A program made the position numbers and the translations under genes. The notes under the pieces are model-generated. The model searched no databases and had not been told where the DNA came from. It worked only from the letters and a program-made list of their open reading frames with translations. DNA of 64,000 bases from Torpedo marmorata (taxonomy: Eukaryota): positions 93,062,001 to 93,126,000 of the forward strand of contig OZ360231.1 in NCBI GenBank assembly GCA_977017645.1, written 5' to 3'. Below are positions 24,028 through 37,150 of the stretch, in pieces; within the stretch, counting starts at the first letter, position 1; each line of letters begins with the position of its first letter.

Positions 24028-25719
24028 ATCTTCACAAGGTTCATTTCTCAAAGGGAAATGCACCTTGCATTCGAGTTTATTCAAATCTGTGCACACACAA
24101 TTTAATATTTTTCCATTTTCCAACAAAATGCAGTTGATCATAACATCTGCAAATGTAAATTCAGTTAAGAAATACAATGAAACTCACTTAAGATCAGTTT
24201 TTTCTGACCCACATGATTATCCTTGTAACCAAGTGGACAGGTGTATAAGATTTGCTGTGGAGATTTGAAGGATTGTGGTTTTCTTTGTTTGCTTTCATCC
24301 TCCCTGTTATTGAATTATGACCAGTAGTTGGAGGTAGGCAGAGGGTAAAGGCCTTCTCTTCCTCTTCTTTCCACTGCCTGCCCCCATGACTCTTCCATCA
24401 ACACCTGAAGCTATGCATCACAAGTAATTGATCAGTTTTAAGGATCCTGTCCCCTGAAACATGCTTTATTTCTCATTTGGTTCACAAATTTTATGGAACT
24501 TTGGCCCAAACATTTTTAAACCAATCTTTCTCAGCAATGATCAATTTCAAGTCTGTAGTCCAAACAGGACAACTTGACTTGTATAACTCAAGTGATTTAC
24601 TGAGCAGTGTTTTTGACCAAAATATCTTGTTGGGTTAAATTGATTATAGCGTGTAATATAAGGCTCAGTTTGATGTTTTACTATTAGATTTAATGGTGCT
24701 GTTAATAATTCCCTATACCCACAGACCCTGAGGTTTGAACTGTAGGTGTTGATGGACATTTAATAGCTCCCATCAAATACTGAACAATATTCACAGTGAC
24801 TGCTTGTCTGCAGAGAGTAGGTCTGCTACGTATTTCCTCATTCTAACTAAAACCAATGGAGAATAATTGGATCAGGTCCAGAATTTTCTCAGGCAAGAGA
24901 TTTGAGGCTAAGTTGATCCCACTGTAGGTATCAATGGGTGCTGCATGTTACCTCTGTTTGCAGGTTCTGATTTGGTGAGATAAAGGAAGCAGTTATTGTG
25001 CTTGTATCAGCGACTGTATCTTAAAATGTACACTTGTGATATTATAATTACAGAAACCTTTATGGTTTTTGTTTGGTGTTATTGTTTGATGGGGGGGAAG
25101 GGAAGGGACAGGACACACTTTTACTCTAATACAGCTCACCTTTTGCAGTAATGCACCAGCCGTGTGGCGTGGACTGATACTTCCAGCACACAACACAATA
25201 TGGAGAGCAATTGTACTGGGGATACCAACCTAGCCTGTAAGTCTCTCTGCATTTATTTGTAAATAAAATACAAGCTGTAAGAATGATGGGAGAGCGCAAT
25301 GATTTGTGCAAACTCTGTAATATGATTGGTTAGAGGTTTGAGGCAGAAAGGCACAAAGCCATATTGTTTAAATTTTAATTAATTTGGAACTTTAATCAGT
25401 CATAAAGGAGGATTTATTTTCTTTAATTTTCCTTCCCTCCTCCTGAATTCATTGATTAACCATGAGATTTAGCTCGTTGTGGTGCTATCCAGGTAGCACA
25501 TGCTAAACATAAATTCTACCTGGAATCTTAACTTTGACCAGACTTTGCTTTGAGTCGAGGACGTTAATTAATCATGCATTTAAAGTTGGGCTTGTTAAAA
25601 TCCATCAAAGGTGTTTTCCTTGCGCACACACTAAATGCTGCATTTTGGTTGACTCAAGTGAAAACGAAGCAAATCATTAATCTGCCTATGTTGATCTAGG
25701 GCTGTGACACTTTGTAACA

Positions 25720-26184
25720 CAGTGAAAGTTTAAAATTCTGGACTGCTCGGGGATTTGGTCAGTCTGGATTTTCTGATTTTCAGGATTCTCGGGCAGTACT
25801 TTTAAAATTCAAATTTAAGGAGGAATAAAGAAGAGATGAACAGGTAAATTTTGAGAGTTTATTCATTAGCAAATATAGCATGCTTCATTTATCAAAACGA
25901 GCAGTTTTAAAGAAAAAAGTCAAAAATATAAACAAGATTCTTTTCATTACAAAAAAAGAGTGTAATGCTTGAAATTATGTTTAAAAATGAATATTGTAGA
26001 AGAAAAATGAATTTCTTTGTGATAAGTTTTCCTATATTAAGCATGGTTGCTTGTTGCCACTGTGCATCTGTGGCACTTACGAATGCACGCCTCCACACAA
26101 AAGCCTGCTAAATTTAAAAAGTTTGCGAGTCCAGATTCTCAGGTGGTCCGGATTTCTGCTATCCAGATTTTTGGACTTTTACTG
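25720..26184. mobile_element. Tigger/pogo-like MITE
   Basis: Imperfect TIRs cagtgaaagtttaaaattctgga / tccagatttttggacttttactg; TA on the right flank; AT-rich non-coding interior. Confidence 0.6.
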
Positions 26185-27778
26185 TATTGCCTTTGTAAGA
26201 ATTGTATTGCCACTCATTCTATAAATTAGCAATACATTGTATTTTTTTTATGTGCATCCATGTGAAGTCAGAGGATGCCTTTCACTATTGTTCCATCTTT
26301 ATAATGATTCTATCAACTTCCCTCTATTTTGAATGCTTACATTATAAATTATTATTTGTGACCTGATTCCGTGTAAACCTGGTTAAAAATAACAAAACCA
26401 GAGGCATTTATTTTCTATTTTTAAAAGTTTGTGCTACTTAAGTTATGAAGTAGGTTGGATAGTGAGCTGCAGTTTTATATTTTTACTCCTTTTGTTTTCA
26501 TCATCCCACCCCATCAAAGATCAGCTAATGTTTCTATTGTGAACTACAGTCTTATTAATCTTGGGTTTTGTCAACTCAGCTTTACCAGTACTTTAACTTG
26601 AATAGTAAATTTCTAAAGGTAGCGATGGCTTGGAGCTGAAATAAATGGTGTTGACAGATCAAAAAATATTTTCGTAAGTTGAGAACAAAATGGTGTTTCT
26701 GGGGTGCCCTTTAGATTCCAGATCTAATGTATCTGAGATAATGGTCAAGTTTGTCTTTGCAATCACTAAGTTTACTCCCTTGAAGGGAGTAATAGATCTT
26801 GTGACCTATTCTTTAGCGAATTGCCATTCAGGTGTTGTGGAAAACTGAGAGTTCCAAGATGCTAAAGTGCTTGTAAGTTATTTTTGAGCAAGAATAGACT
26901 TCAGCTATCCCTTGACCTTTCACACGGAGAGCATTGGTTGGGGCATAATTGTGCTTTTAAATTCATATTGGATATCACTGGCAAGCCTGGCACTTCCCTG
27001 GCTGTCCTGGGGAAGATGGTAGTAAACCTCTAATCCAAGTAGTGAAAATATTACAATAGTGCTATTAGCTATGGAATTCTAGTGACAAGTAACAACAACA
27101 TGTTTTCAATATATTATCACTGCTTCTAGAAGTATTTTATGTAAAAACAAATTTGAGCTTAGTTTGCAAATTTGCCACTCGATGTGAGAAGTTTACCAGA
27201 AATAACAGGTTTTTGTTATCCTTTGCCACTGGTATCTTGAACTTAGAGATGGGGAAAAGCAACCAGTGCTTCAGTTTTTAATGAATATTAAGTTACCTTT
27301 TCTGGAAAACATGCATGCTCAACTTGAGTGAGAATGGTTATTAAATGAACCGATATTAATGTTTGACAGTATGTTATCTGGCTTCAAATCAGGATGAGTT
27401 TCAGGAGAGCTTCTGGTGTTAACAAACTGCCCTCCATTGTTTGATCAGAAGTGGAGGGAAAATGCATTGTATGCGTTGATACTTTTCTTTTGTGAGATTT
27501 ATTTGTCTTTGTACGTTTTCTGATGATTTTGATATTTTGTATAATATTTTAAACAATGCATTGTTGAGCATGTTAATTCGCCAGAAAGTGCCATAATCGG
27601 GTGGAAATTCTGCCCATTCGGACGCTTTTCATTTATTCTGCAAGAATTTGAATAATAAAGAATTGTGTGAAGTTCTGTGTTTGAAGTTTGAATTATTTCT
27701 TCTTTTCAGGAATTAGTTTTCAAGTGACTGTCCCTTGGATTTCAAGATAATTCCTGTAATCTATATCAGTTTTAATGA

Positions 27779-28588
27779 CCGTATTTGACGGCATATAAGA
27801 CCCCCTTTTTTCCCCAAAAAGTGCCTCAAAAACCACCCCGGATCTTATACGCGAAGTAGACATTTTGGTGCTGCCATTTTGGGCACCGAGTGGAGTCCAG
27901 GAAGCGGGCCCGCAGCTTCGCGGACCACCTTCCCTTGGGTGGCCCGTGCTTTCCGGAGTTGCCGCCGCCGCTCACTTCCCCCAGTAAGAAGGCTCGCTCT
28001 CTCCCTCCTTCCCGCCCGCTCGCGCTCTCCCTCGCGCTCGTCCTCCCTCCCGCCCGCTCTCTCTCACCAACAGTGGTTTGAGGCGAGCGCTGGGCCTCGA
28101 TGATCAGGCTTTGTTCGACGAGCACGGACCCTCGAGCAAATTGAATGAGGCGCGGGGGCGGGTGGCAGTGAGCAAGCGGCCTGTCAAGCTCAGCTCAACA
28201 GGCCGCTCACTCACTGCCACCCGCCCCCGTGCCTCATTCAATCTGTTCGGGGGGCCGTGCGCGTCGAACAAAGGCTCAGCATGGAGCCTGATCACCGAGG
28301 CCCAGCACTCCCCTCAAAGCAAGTGATCGATTGCTCCCCGCGACGGTGGGCCTGGGTCCTGCCCGTTGTCCTGGCTTCTCTCCCTCCCACCCTCGCGCGC
28401 CCGCAGGTCCCGGCACATCTGTCAATCAATTAGCGTTTGGACGGTGTGGGGGAAGCAGCCTGAGCCTCAGTGTGCGGTGGGCAAGAGGACGTGTTGCTGC
28501 TGTAAAGGTAAATACACTAAAACAAATTTTTCCTGAAATCTCGCGCTAAAAATGGGGGGGGGGGGGTCCTATATGCCGTCAAATACGG
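27779..28588. mobile_element. Non-autonomous pogo-type element with CpG-rich palindromic interior
   Basis: TIRs ccgtatttgacggcatataagac / gtcctatatgccgtcaaatacgg, related to the TIRs of 15253-17046; TA on the right, GA on the left. Confidence 0.85.
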
Positions 28589-29724
28589 TAGGTTTTGGGC
28601 ATTACAATCACACATCACTTTTTAAAATTAATGAGTACTGATTGATGCAAGATACAGTTTGAAAAGTGTAAACTTGAAGACGTGGATAAAAGTAGAAGTG
28701 TGATTTATTATGCATTTTTTTGTAAGTTGCAGATGGTAACAATAGTGATCAATGCATTTTTTTCTTTGCAGCGTTCCTTCAATTCCATAATTCCCTTACC
28801 CACATATTTTGCATCATATTATGTCTTCTACTCAATTTTAAATTGAAATCCAGTATTCTATGATCTGTGAAACTTAATACAGTATTGTGGACCTCTATTC
28901 ATTTGTGCATGTGGTTGAGAATAAAACCTATGCTTTAAGAAGGAAACGTTGATCTTGCATTAAGACTCTGACTTTTTCACCACCATCTCCTAATTAACTG
29001 AGATCCACTGAAATGCTTGTTATACTCTCAATTTTAATTGTCCGAGCTTAAGTTAGAAGTAATTAGAAATGTGGTATTTCATTAAGGGAAAAATTCCAAT
29101 ATGGTGTTTTGCTAGCTACGTAATATGACACATGGCTACAAAGTAAACAGTAATATTAAAATCAGTGTCCGAGGACTTGCTCAAGACAAAGATATTCATC
29201 TTTATCTTTTAAAATTAAGAAATAGTGAGCCTGCCATTGAGTGCCTCGTATACTCATCTCAATGCAACAATATCCTTTGTTAGATTTCAGTTCTATATAT
29301 TGATTATTTTTATTTGTAAAGTTTTTCAAGAAAGTAATAGTTTCTGCTTTCTATGACAGTTCCTCATTACTGTGCAGGCTTTGGTGTAATGTATGTGTTG
29401 TGTAATTAAATCTTGTGACTGCTTACTGTCCTTGTGTGTAATTTACTTTGCATTGCTTTAGCTTCCGAGATTATGAAAGTTAGATCGTAATGTTGACCAT
29501 TTTAAGTGCCTGTTATGGTTTGGTCTGAAATTATCCAACCATAGACCTAAGACTTTTGCATTGCTGCAATGTATTTCTTTGTCAAGGATTTACTATTGTT
29601 AATCATTTAACTATATTGGGTCGATAACCAGAATGGAACTGATTGCAAGAATACATTATTTGAAGTTAATTCTTCTTATTTCTATAATTATCACCATTTT
29701 ATTGTACCTTTTGATTTTTCTCAG

Positions 29725-30834
29725 GTAAAGACATCCGAATTTTATCACTACTCACGACAGCTTCGTTTTGAGGTTGAACAGGCTTTAAGCTACTTTCAGA
29801 ACATGAATCACCAACCACTCTTGGAGATGAAATCTAATCGCATTCGTTCTGCCAAGGCACAAACTGCAGTTTTCCGAGGGATGATTGGACATAGCATGGT
29901 GAATAGCAAGATTCTTCTGCTGCACAGGCCCCGTGTCTGGTGGGAACTGGAGGGTCCACAAGTGCCACTGCGACCTGAGTGCCTTGTAGTTGTCAACAAC
30001 TTTGTATTTTTGTTGGGAGGAGAAGAGTTGGGTCCTGATGGTGAATTCCATGCTTCTTCCAAAGTCTTCCGGTATGATCCCCGACAAAATTCGTGGCTGA
30101 GAATGTCTGATATGTCTGTTCCCCGATCAGAGTTTGCTGTTGGCATCATTGGAAAGTACATCTATGCTGTGGCAGGCAGAACAAGGGATGAAACCTTTTA
30201 CTCAACTGAGCGTTATGATATCACACAAAATAAATGGGAATTTATCGATCGATATCCAGTTAATAAATATGGCCATGAAGGAACCGTTCTCAACAGTAAG
30301 CTCTACATAACGGGTGGGATAATGTCCTCTTCAACCTCCAAGCAAGTATGTGTTTTTGATCCCAGTAAAGAAGGCACTGTAGAACAACGGACAAGGAGAA
30401 CGCAAGTGGTTACCACATGCTGGGAGAATAAGGCTAAAATGAATTATGCACGCTGTTTTCATAAAATGATTGCCCACAATGGGAAACTTTATGTTTTTGG
30501 TGGTGTGTGTGTAATTTTACGTGCATCCTTTGAGTCTCAAGGCTGCCCATCAACAGAAGTTTATAATCCTGATTCTGACCAGTGGACTATCCTAGCATCA
30601 ATGCCCATAGGAAGAAGTGGACATGGAGTGGCAGTTGTTGAAAAACAGATAATAGTCCTTGGTGGCCTTTGTTACAATGGTCAATACAGTGACTCCATAC
30701 TCACCTTCGATCCAGAAGAAAATAAATGGAAAGAAGATGAATATCCAAGGATGCCTTGTAAACTGGATGGCCTACAAGTCTGTAGCCTTTACTTTCCTGA
30801 CTTTGTCCTGGAGCATGTTCGAAGATGTACCTAA
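29725..30834 (+). CDS. KLHL15: Kelch-like protein 15, last coding exon (kelch repeats)
   Basis: Acceptor ctcag|29725, phase 0; VKTSEFYHYSRQLRFEVEQAL...WWELEGPQVPLRP...RMPCKLDGLQVCSLYFPDFVLEHVRRCT*; spliced protein is 235+369 = 604 aa, the recalled length of human KLHL15. Confidence 0.97.
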   Translation, partial: VKTSEFYHYSRQLRFEVEQALSYFQNMNHQPLLEMKSNRIRSAKAQTAVFRGMIGHSMVNSKILLLHRPRVWWELEGPQVPLRPECLVVVNNFVFLLGGEELGPDGEFHASSKVFRYDPRQNSWLRMSDMSVPRSEFAVGIIGKYIYAVAGRTRDETFYSTERYDITQNKWEFIDRYPVNKYGHEGTVLNSKLYITGGIMSSSTSKQVCVFDPSKEGTVEQRTRRTQVVTTCWENKAKMNYARCFHKMIAHNGKLYVFGGVCVILRASFESQGCPSTEVYNPDSDQWTILASMPIGRSGHGVAVVEKQIIVLGGLCYNGQYSDSILTFDPEENKWKEDEYPRMPCKLDGLQVCSLYFPDFVLEHVRRCT

Positions 30835-31683
30835 AACAATGCTATTGCTACACAACACTAATCAACTAGTGAGGCAAAGCCATAGTTTGGTTGAGTATTT
30901 GGGGAGAGCAAGTTATACAGAATTTTTAAGGTATTGCCCATGAAAAATAAAGTGCCAAAAGAAATGCAGTTCATAATTTTAAAAATGTAATCAGTCTTGA
31001 TTGATTTCAGTTTCATTCATAATCAATTAAAAAAACTTTTAAAGGAAATTTGCCCATTTACATCCTTGCACGCTTGTCTGGCACTCTGAACACCATTGCA
31101 AAAGAGTTTTTAAAATTCATTCACTGGATAGGGGCTTTGCAGGCTGAACGAGCAGTTAATTTCTAATCTCTAATTGCCCTTGAGAGGCTGATGGTTAGTT
31201 TCTTGAACCACTGCATCTTTGGGTGAAGATCTTCCCACAATGTTTTCAGTGAGAGTTTCAGGATTCTGACCCAGCAACGGTGAGAAATAGCAATATATCT
31301 CCAAGTCGGAAATACTATTTGTATGTCTATTTTTGATAACTTTTATTTATTAGTTTTTTCCTTTTAATTTCTTCTTGGCATTTTAACAACTTTGGCCTTT
31401 TCACCAAATTTGTGAATTCTTTTCGAGTTGTAAACACATTTTTCTCGATTGCCTTTTACAGACCCTTTTGTCTTTTACTGATTGATTAATAAGTGCTTTC
31501 AATTAAAATCAGAAAATGCTGGAAACATTCAATAAGTTGGGCAACATCTGTGGAAAGGGAAACAGTAAATGTTTCCAGTTGAATCCCTTCATCAAAACAA
31601 GGAAATAAAAAAGCAAGTTAATTTTAAGTTCAGAAAAAATGGAGGAAGGGATGTGGAGGTCTCAAATATCCTCCTTTGCTCAC

Positions 31684-31900
31684 TTAGACATACATACAGC
31701 ACGGTAACAGGCCCTTCCGGCCCACGAGCCCGTTCCGCCCAATTACACCCAATTCACCTACAACCGCCATACGTTTTGAAGGGTGGGAGGAAACCGGAGA
31801 ACCTGGAGGAAAACCACGCAGACATGGAGAACGTACAAACTCTTTACAAACTCCGAACCCGGGTCGCTGGCGCTGTAATAGCGTTGGGTTAACCGCTACT
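31684..31900 (-). mobile_element. tRNA-derived SINE
   Basis: Reverse complement of the family at 38901-39170 (gagtttgtacgttctcc core; tail cctgttaccgtgctgtatgt...ctaa). Confidence 0.8.
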
Positions 31901-32291
31901 CTCCCTCGAGTTCCCCACCCCACAACTCCTTCCCCTTCATTGGATGGTCTTGATTGTTTATCCCCTTCTCCTTTTGAGAGAGATTCCCTTTGCCTTATTC
32001 ATCAGTTATCCCCCTGCTCTCCAAAGTTAAAAGTAACTTGGTTTCTTCCTTTCCCAGTACTAATAAAGGGTCTTCAACTTGAGACATTGTTTCTGTTTCC
32101 ACGAATGCTGCCTTACCTGATGAGTGTTTTGAGCATTTTCCATTTCTGTTTCAGATTTCCAGTTTCTGCAAGTTTTGATTTGGGGAAAATAGTTTTAGTG
32201 CAGTTGAATATTTCAGCGATCATGAGAGCAAACTGATTATTGGGGGTTGTGGGAGGTCACGGAAGTGAAAATCACAAGGATTAATTTAGTG

Positions 32292-32666
32292 CAATAGTTT
32301 TCAAACTGCCCCCCTGAACTCACATTCCACCTTAAGCAATCCCTATGCCATAAATGCTCTGTGATTAGTAAGGGATTGCTTAAGGTGGTATATGAGTGGG
32401 AAGGGAAGGTTGAGAACCACTGCTCTAGACCCAATTGTTACTGAAATATTTTGCTTGAGAAAAATTGTCATTGGCCCATTTCCTTTGGAGTTATGAAACC
32501 GTGCACATAAAGAGTCAATTAGGTATGATTAAAACAGTGGTTTTCAAACTTTTTCTTTCCACTCACATACCACCTTAAGTAATCCCTTACTAATCACAGA
32601 GCACCTATGGGATAGGGATTGCTTAAGGTGGAATGTGAGTTTCGGGGGGCAGTTTGAAAACCACTG
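32292..32666. mobile_element. Composite hAT (Charlie-like) MITE made of two inverted ~131-bp units
   Basis: Ends caatagttttcaaac / gtttgaaaaccactg; internal ends ttgagaaccactg (32422) and cagtggttttcaaac (32535); 8-bp TSD atttagtg at 32284-32291 and 32667-32674. Confidence 0.88.
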
Positions 32667-33985
32667 ATTTAGTGCTTTGGTTTTGTTCTTTTGGGTCATG
32701 GAAGGACAGCAAAGCAAAACTTCTGTAATGTCAAGGTTTTGTGTAAAAGGGAGGTGTTTGTATATTTGAAGGTAACCATCCTTAGACAATTTCAGTTAAA
32801 GAGCAACAAGAGAATCATAGCTTTCTTAAAACCTGCAACAATTTTAGAATTTTTTCTTCAATTTAATATTTCCCTGAATTTGCTCACTAAATCACAGACT
32901 TGCTGTTCTGATGGTGTTAACAAGTACCTTCATCAGCAAGAATAGGCAGCAGCATTTCTAAGGCATACCCATGTTGAAATAAATTTGTATTTGACAAAGT
33001 TCTCGTGTTACTATTTATGTTAACTGTTTACCGTGACACTGGCAGACTAATTTCAGTATAGTACATCATACTTCAAATACCCACATTATCCGTGCCAAAA
33101 ATATTTTGTGACTTTTTAAAGCTGAAGATATTTGTAAACAAAATGTAGTGTTAAATAATAAAAAAAAAGTCTTTTAAAATTGACTTGTCAATGTCACTTG
33201 AGTAGTTGTTTATGAAGAAACCATTCTCAGTCAATATCTTAATTCCTGCCAAAAGTAATATGTGAAAAAATTCTAAAGGTAGTATTTGTGGGCTTATCCA
33301 ATTAGTTTGAGGGCATGATATATTTAAATATGCTTTTATTTCATGATTATTTTCAAACAAGCTTGGGACAACTGTGACTTACGATAAATCATGTTATGTG
33401 CAGTGGTTTTATACTTTTCATCGTATATAATCTACTGTTTGAATTCCAATGTGTGCAATATACAGTTTGATTTCTTGGATAAATGGGCACTCTGGGTTTG
33501 GCGGTGTATTTGATCATTTATGAAAATTACCAAGGCTTCCATGCGTACCATCTGCAAGATTAGTGTAAAATGGGTGCTTGAATCAGTGGGCCAAAGGGAC
33601 TGTTTCGGTGCTGTATGGCTCCACGATTGATTTTCTTTTTCTCTCTGAGAACTGCATTGAGAATTAAACAAGGATGGCTAGATTGTCTTAAATTTCTAGT
33701 TGGTACAATGACTTCGTTGTAACCCATTAACTCGCTCCTCTCTGGCCAGGTTCAAAAGGTTATTACTTTTCAAAATGGAACACATTCTCAAAACAAAAAA
33801 ATATTCATTAGCCAGAGGTGTTCCTTTTTATGTAAATTAATGGTGCTGTCCAGTGTTATTTTGCATTATTTCCATTCATTCTGTGTTTCGAACAATATAA
33901 ATCCCAGTCAGAAATGAAACAATAACATCTTTATTTTAAGTGTTTAATCTCTTAATTTACAAGAAATTAAAATGTAGCTTTGTAC

Positions 33986-33991
33986 AATAAA
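33986..33991 (+). terminator. Candidate KLHL15 polyadenylation signal
   Basis: tgta-c-AATAAA at the end of an AT-rich 3'UTR-like stretch; other AATAAA hexamers exist (~30946, ~33137). Confidence 0.35.
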
Positions 33992-35733
33992 ATCTTTATT
34001 CATCTCACTAGAATGATGGTTATGTATATACTTGTCTTTTTGTAGGGCTAGCAATCTTTGGTCCAGGAAAGTCGTCTTTCCAATCTTCAGCTGGTCAGTA
34101 AGCAAAATATAGATTGGACGTGTTCTGTTGTGAGGGGTAAAATCAGCCAGAGTAACTATTCTTCCTGGAGGCTAACTGTAAGTAAATAGCTGTTGTTGAT
34201 TTGATTTAAAATATAATTTAATCTGTGACTTTGCCACAGTCGGATAGTCCACTGCGCTTGCACAAAATGTATATGTTGCTGGCAACGATTCAAGCTGATA
34301 ATCAGATTGATGCCTTGTGTCAGGAAGGGTAAATTGTGAAACAAGATATTGATATGATGAGGCTTCAAGTAATCATGTCAATGTGTTGGAAATAAATCAG
34401 AAACATAATAAATGGTGCTTACAGATATATTACACAATACATCAAGTCACAAATAATTCCAATTTAGTTTATTTTTTATCATTAATTTAGTGACTGTCAC
34501 TGGTTTATCTAGGCAGACTTCTGGATTTATCTTTTCTAAGTGTATGTGCACATTTCAAAACGTACCGGGGGTGTAGGTTAATTGGGTGTAAATTGGGTGG
34601 CACGGACTCGTGGGCCGAAATGGCCTGTTACCGTGCTGTATGTCTAAATTTAAAAATGTCAACAATCTGCTTTAATTTTAATTGAAAAGCAAGAATCAGT
34701 GAAGGTGGATTGACATAGTTTCCCTTTAGCAACACATTGCATTCCTGAGTTTTAAAAGGTATATTTAAACTTGATGTCTTCCAGCAATTTCTGTGAATAT
34801 TATGTTTCCTTAACCTTTTCATGACTTGTACATTAAATTTACTTGCAGTACTTGATCACTAATTTTACATAAAAAAACCTTTGTGTTTCTAATTGCATTG
34901 TAAATAGCAATAGCTACTTTCAGTTGACTTCCCAATGTGAATCTGTGCAGTGCTCTCAAATGTTCTTTTTAATTCTATTCTCTATTGAAGAAGCAATTTG
35001 GTGGTGGTTCTTGAAACATTAGTATCCATGTGATACCTTGCCTAAATGATTGAGACTGGTACACTCACCTCTGAATTCTGAGATTAAGCCCCTGAGTGCA
35101 GAAACATGAGTACATTGACCAAGGATGATATTTTGCTGTTCAACTCAAGGAGTTTCATGCAAAAATTGCCTTTTCTTGGGACGCTGCTCTTTCATGGTCC
35201 ATTTTGAACATGGAATTAAGCCCACTTTCTGTTCGTAATAGGTTGAACTAAAAGATTGTGTGAACACAGTACAATTGCCTTGGCCAATATTGCTCAGCAT
35301 AGATGAGCAGAAAGATGATTTCACCACCGCTTGTGAGATCTTCCTGCGTTCAATTTGACTGCTGTCTACCTACGTTAGATTTCAAAAGTAATAGATTGTC
35401 TACGAAATGCAATGCATCATCCACAGGTGAAAGGAGCTATTGTTGCTTAAACAGTCACCCCTGCTATAATTTGCAAGGTTTGGTTCTGATTACAACTGGT
35501 CGGTAGGAATTGTATCAGAGAAGGTTAATGTGTACAATCTGTAACATAATGTGTACAATCTGTAACATAAGCCATGTATACGAAAGAAAGTGAAATACCA
35601 GAAGGATGTTAATTTACCTTCATGTAGCAATACTATGATCTAGTGCACTCAATATTTGTATTAAAGATCAAAATAAAGGTACGCAAAACAAATTGCGTAC
35701 AAAGTTGGTCAAAGTGAAAGGCAACAAAAAAAC

Positions 35734-35739
35734 TTTATT
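35734..35739 (-). terminator. Candidate CXorf58 polyadenylation signal
   Basis: AATAAA on the - strand about 64 nt past the stop codon, followed by U-rich sequence. Confidence 0.5.
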
Positions 35740-35802
35740 TTTCTGAATTGTTTAAAAATTGACATTTGTTTTTATACAACATATACTTTTTGCAGTCCTG
35801 TT

Positions 35803-35997
35803 TCAGTCTGGGAAAGGTGTCTCACATATATCAAGTGAGAGTTTCTGTGTCCAAGCATAGAGTTTATCCACTTCATGCTCCCATTCTTCTTCTGAAGTTA
35901 AATATGCAACTTGATCTTTTTCTTCTTCATCGGAACTTGTGACAAACTGAATGTCATCCTGTGCAGAATTGTGGGGAGTTGGTTTATTTGGTTCTTC
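35803..35997 (-). CDS. CXorf58: CXorf58 orthologue, last coding exon
   Basis: cag|EEPNKP...EEEWEHEVDKLYAWTQKLSLDICETPFPD*; phase 0; convergent with KLHL15 as in human Xp22. Confidence 0.8.
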   Translation of the reverse strand, partial: EEPNKPTPHNSAQDDIQFVTSSDEEEKDQVAYLTSEEEWEHEVDKLYAWTQKLSLDICETPFPD

Positions 35998-36280
35998 CTG
36001 ATAATTATGTAATGAATTTAAGAAAATTATAAGCATTAATGCAGATTAGTCAAATTAGCATTATTTTTTACTTCAAAGAGGCAATACATTTTTCTTGCTG
36101 TTCACTCTATAATCATTACCCAAAACGAGCAAATCTCAATCACACCAATATTACACTAACAGCTGCAGATTAAATTTGTTATTCATATCACCAAACTTGC
36201 CACAAAGTTTCTTATGTAGCTTCCTCTTTATCCTATCACTAATTGTGCCTGTAAAAATTATTGTTTTTTTATTGAATTTT

Positions 36281-36281
36281 A

Positions 36282-36329
<48 letters not shown>
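36281..36329. repeat. (TG)n(TA)n microsatellite
   Basis: Direct inspection. Confidence 0.95.
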
Positions 36330-36331
<2 letters not shown>

Positions 36332-36399
36332 AACAAGAAAAATGTACTGTACAGGTACAAAGTAAATACAATGTATCCTAGAATAAAAAATAAACATTG

Positions 36400-37150
36400 C
36401 AACTAATGATAAACAAACAGACAGAATTCAGTTATATCTCTTGTTCCTGCAGAAAAAATAACAAAAGAAAAAGACTAACTAACTAATCCTAAATCTATAG
36501 CCCCTAAACAAAAAAGAAAAAAGCCGCCTTAAACCACCAAAAGAGGAACAGTACGTTGGTGAATTGCCTTATATGTAAATAAGTTCAGGAAGAGATTATA
36601 AACGTTTCGTATATTATATACAAAATAGTAAACCACTATTATTCATTAAACATTAAAATATTCCATAAAAGTGTGCCACATTTTATCAAACTTAACTTCG
36701 GTTTTCAAAACATTACATCTAATCTTCTCAAGGTTCAAGCATGATAAGGTTTGGGTCGTCCATTGTGCATAACTGGGAGGGATAGAGTCCGTCCATCTTA
36801 GCAAAATAGATTTTCTAGCCATTAAAGTGGCAAAAGCTATCACATGGCAATCCGACACCGATAATCTACTGTTCTCTATCACCACACCAAATAAAGCTGT
36901 AATAGGATGAGGTTGAATAGTAACCGAGAAAATACGGGAAAATGCATTAAAAATTTCCTTCCAATAGTGATCTAATGCTGAACAGGACCATAACATGAAA
37001 TAAGGAAGCAACCCCATTACGACACCTGTCACATAAAGGCTTGACAGTAGGAACAATCTTAGCTAATTTATCTTTGGATAAATGTGCTCTATGTACTACT
37101 GTAAAAATGTTCTGCATTATCCTGAAAAGGATGTGGAAAGTGCCAAATAA
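36400..37150 (-). mobile_element. L1-clade LINE 3' remnant (ORF2 Cys-rich C-terminus plus 3'UTR)
   Basis: VVHRAHLSKDKLAKI...CDRC...WSCSALDHYWKEIF...ARKSILLRW...LNLEKIR. Confidence 0.8.

Noticed and set aside
35527-35570. 21-bp tandem duplication (taatgtgtacaatctgtaaca x2)
   Set aside because: Ordinary slippage duplication with no functional context.
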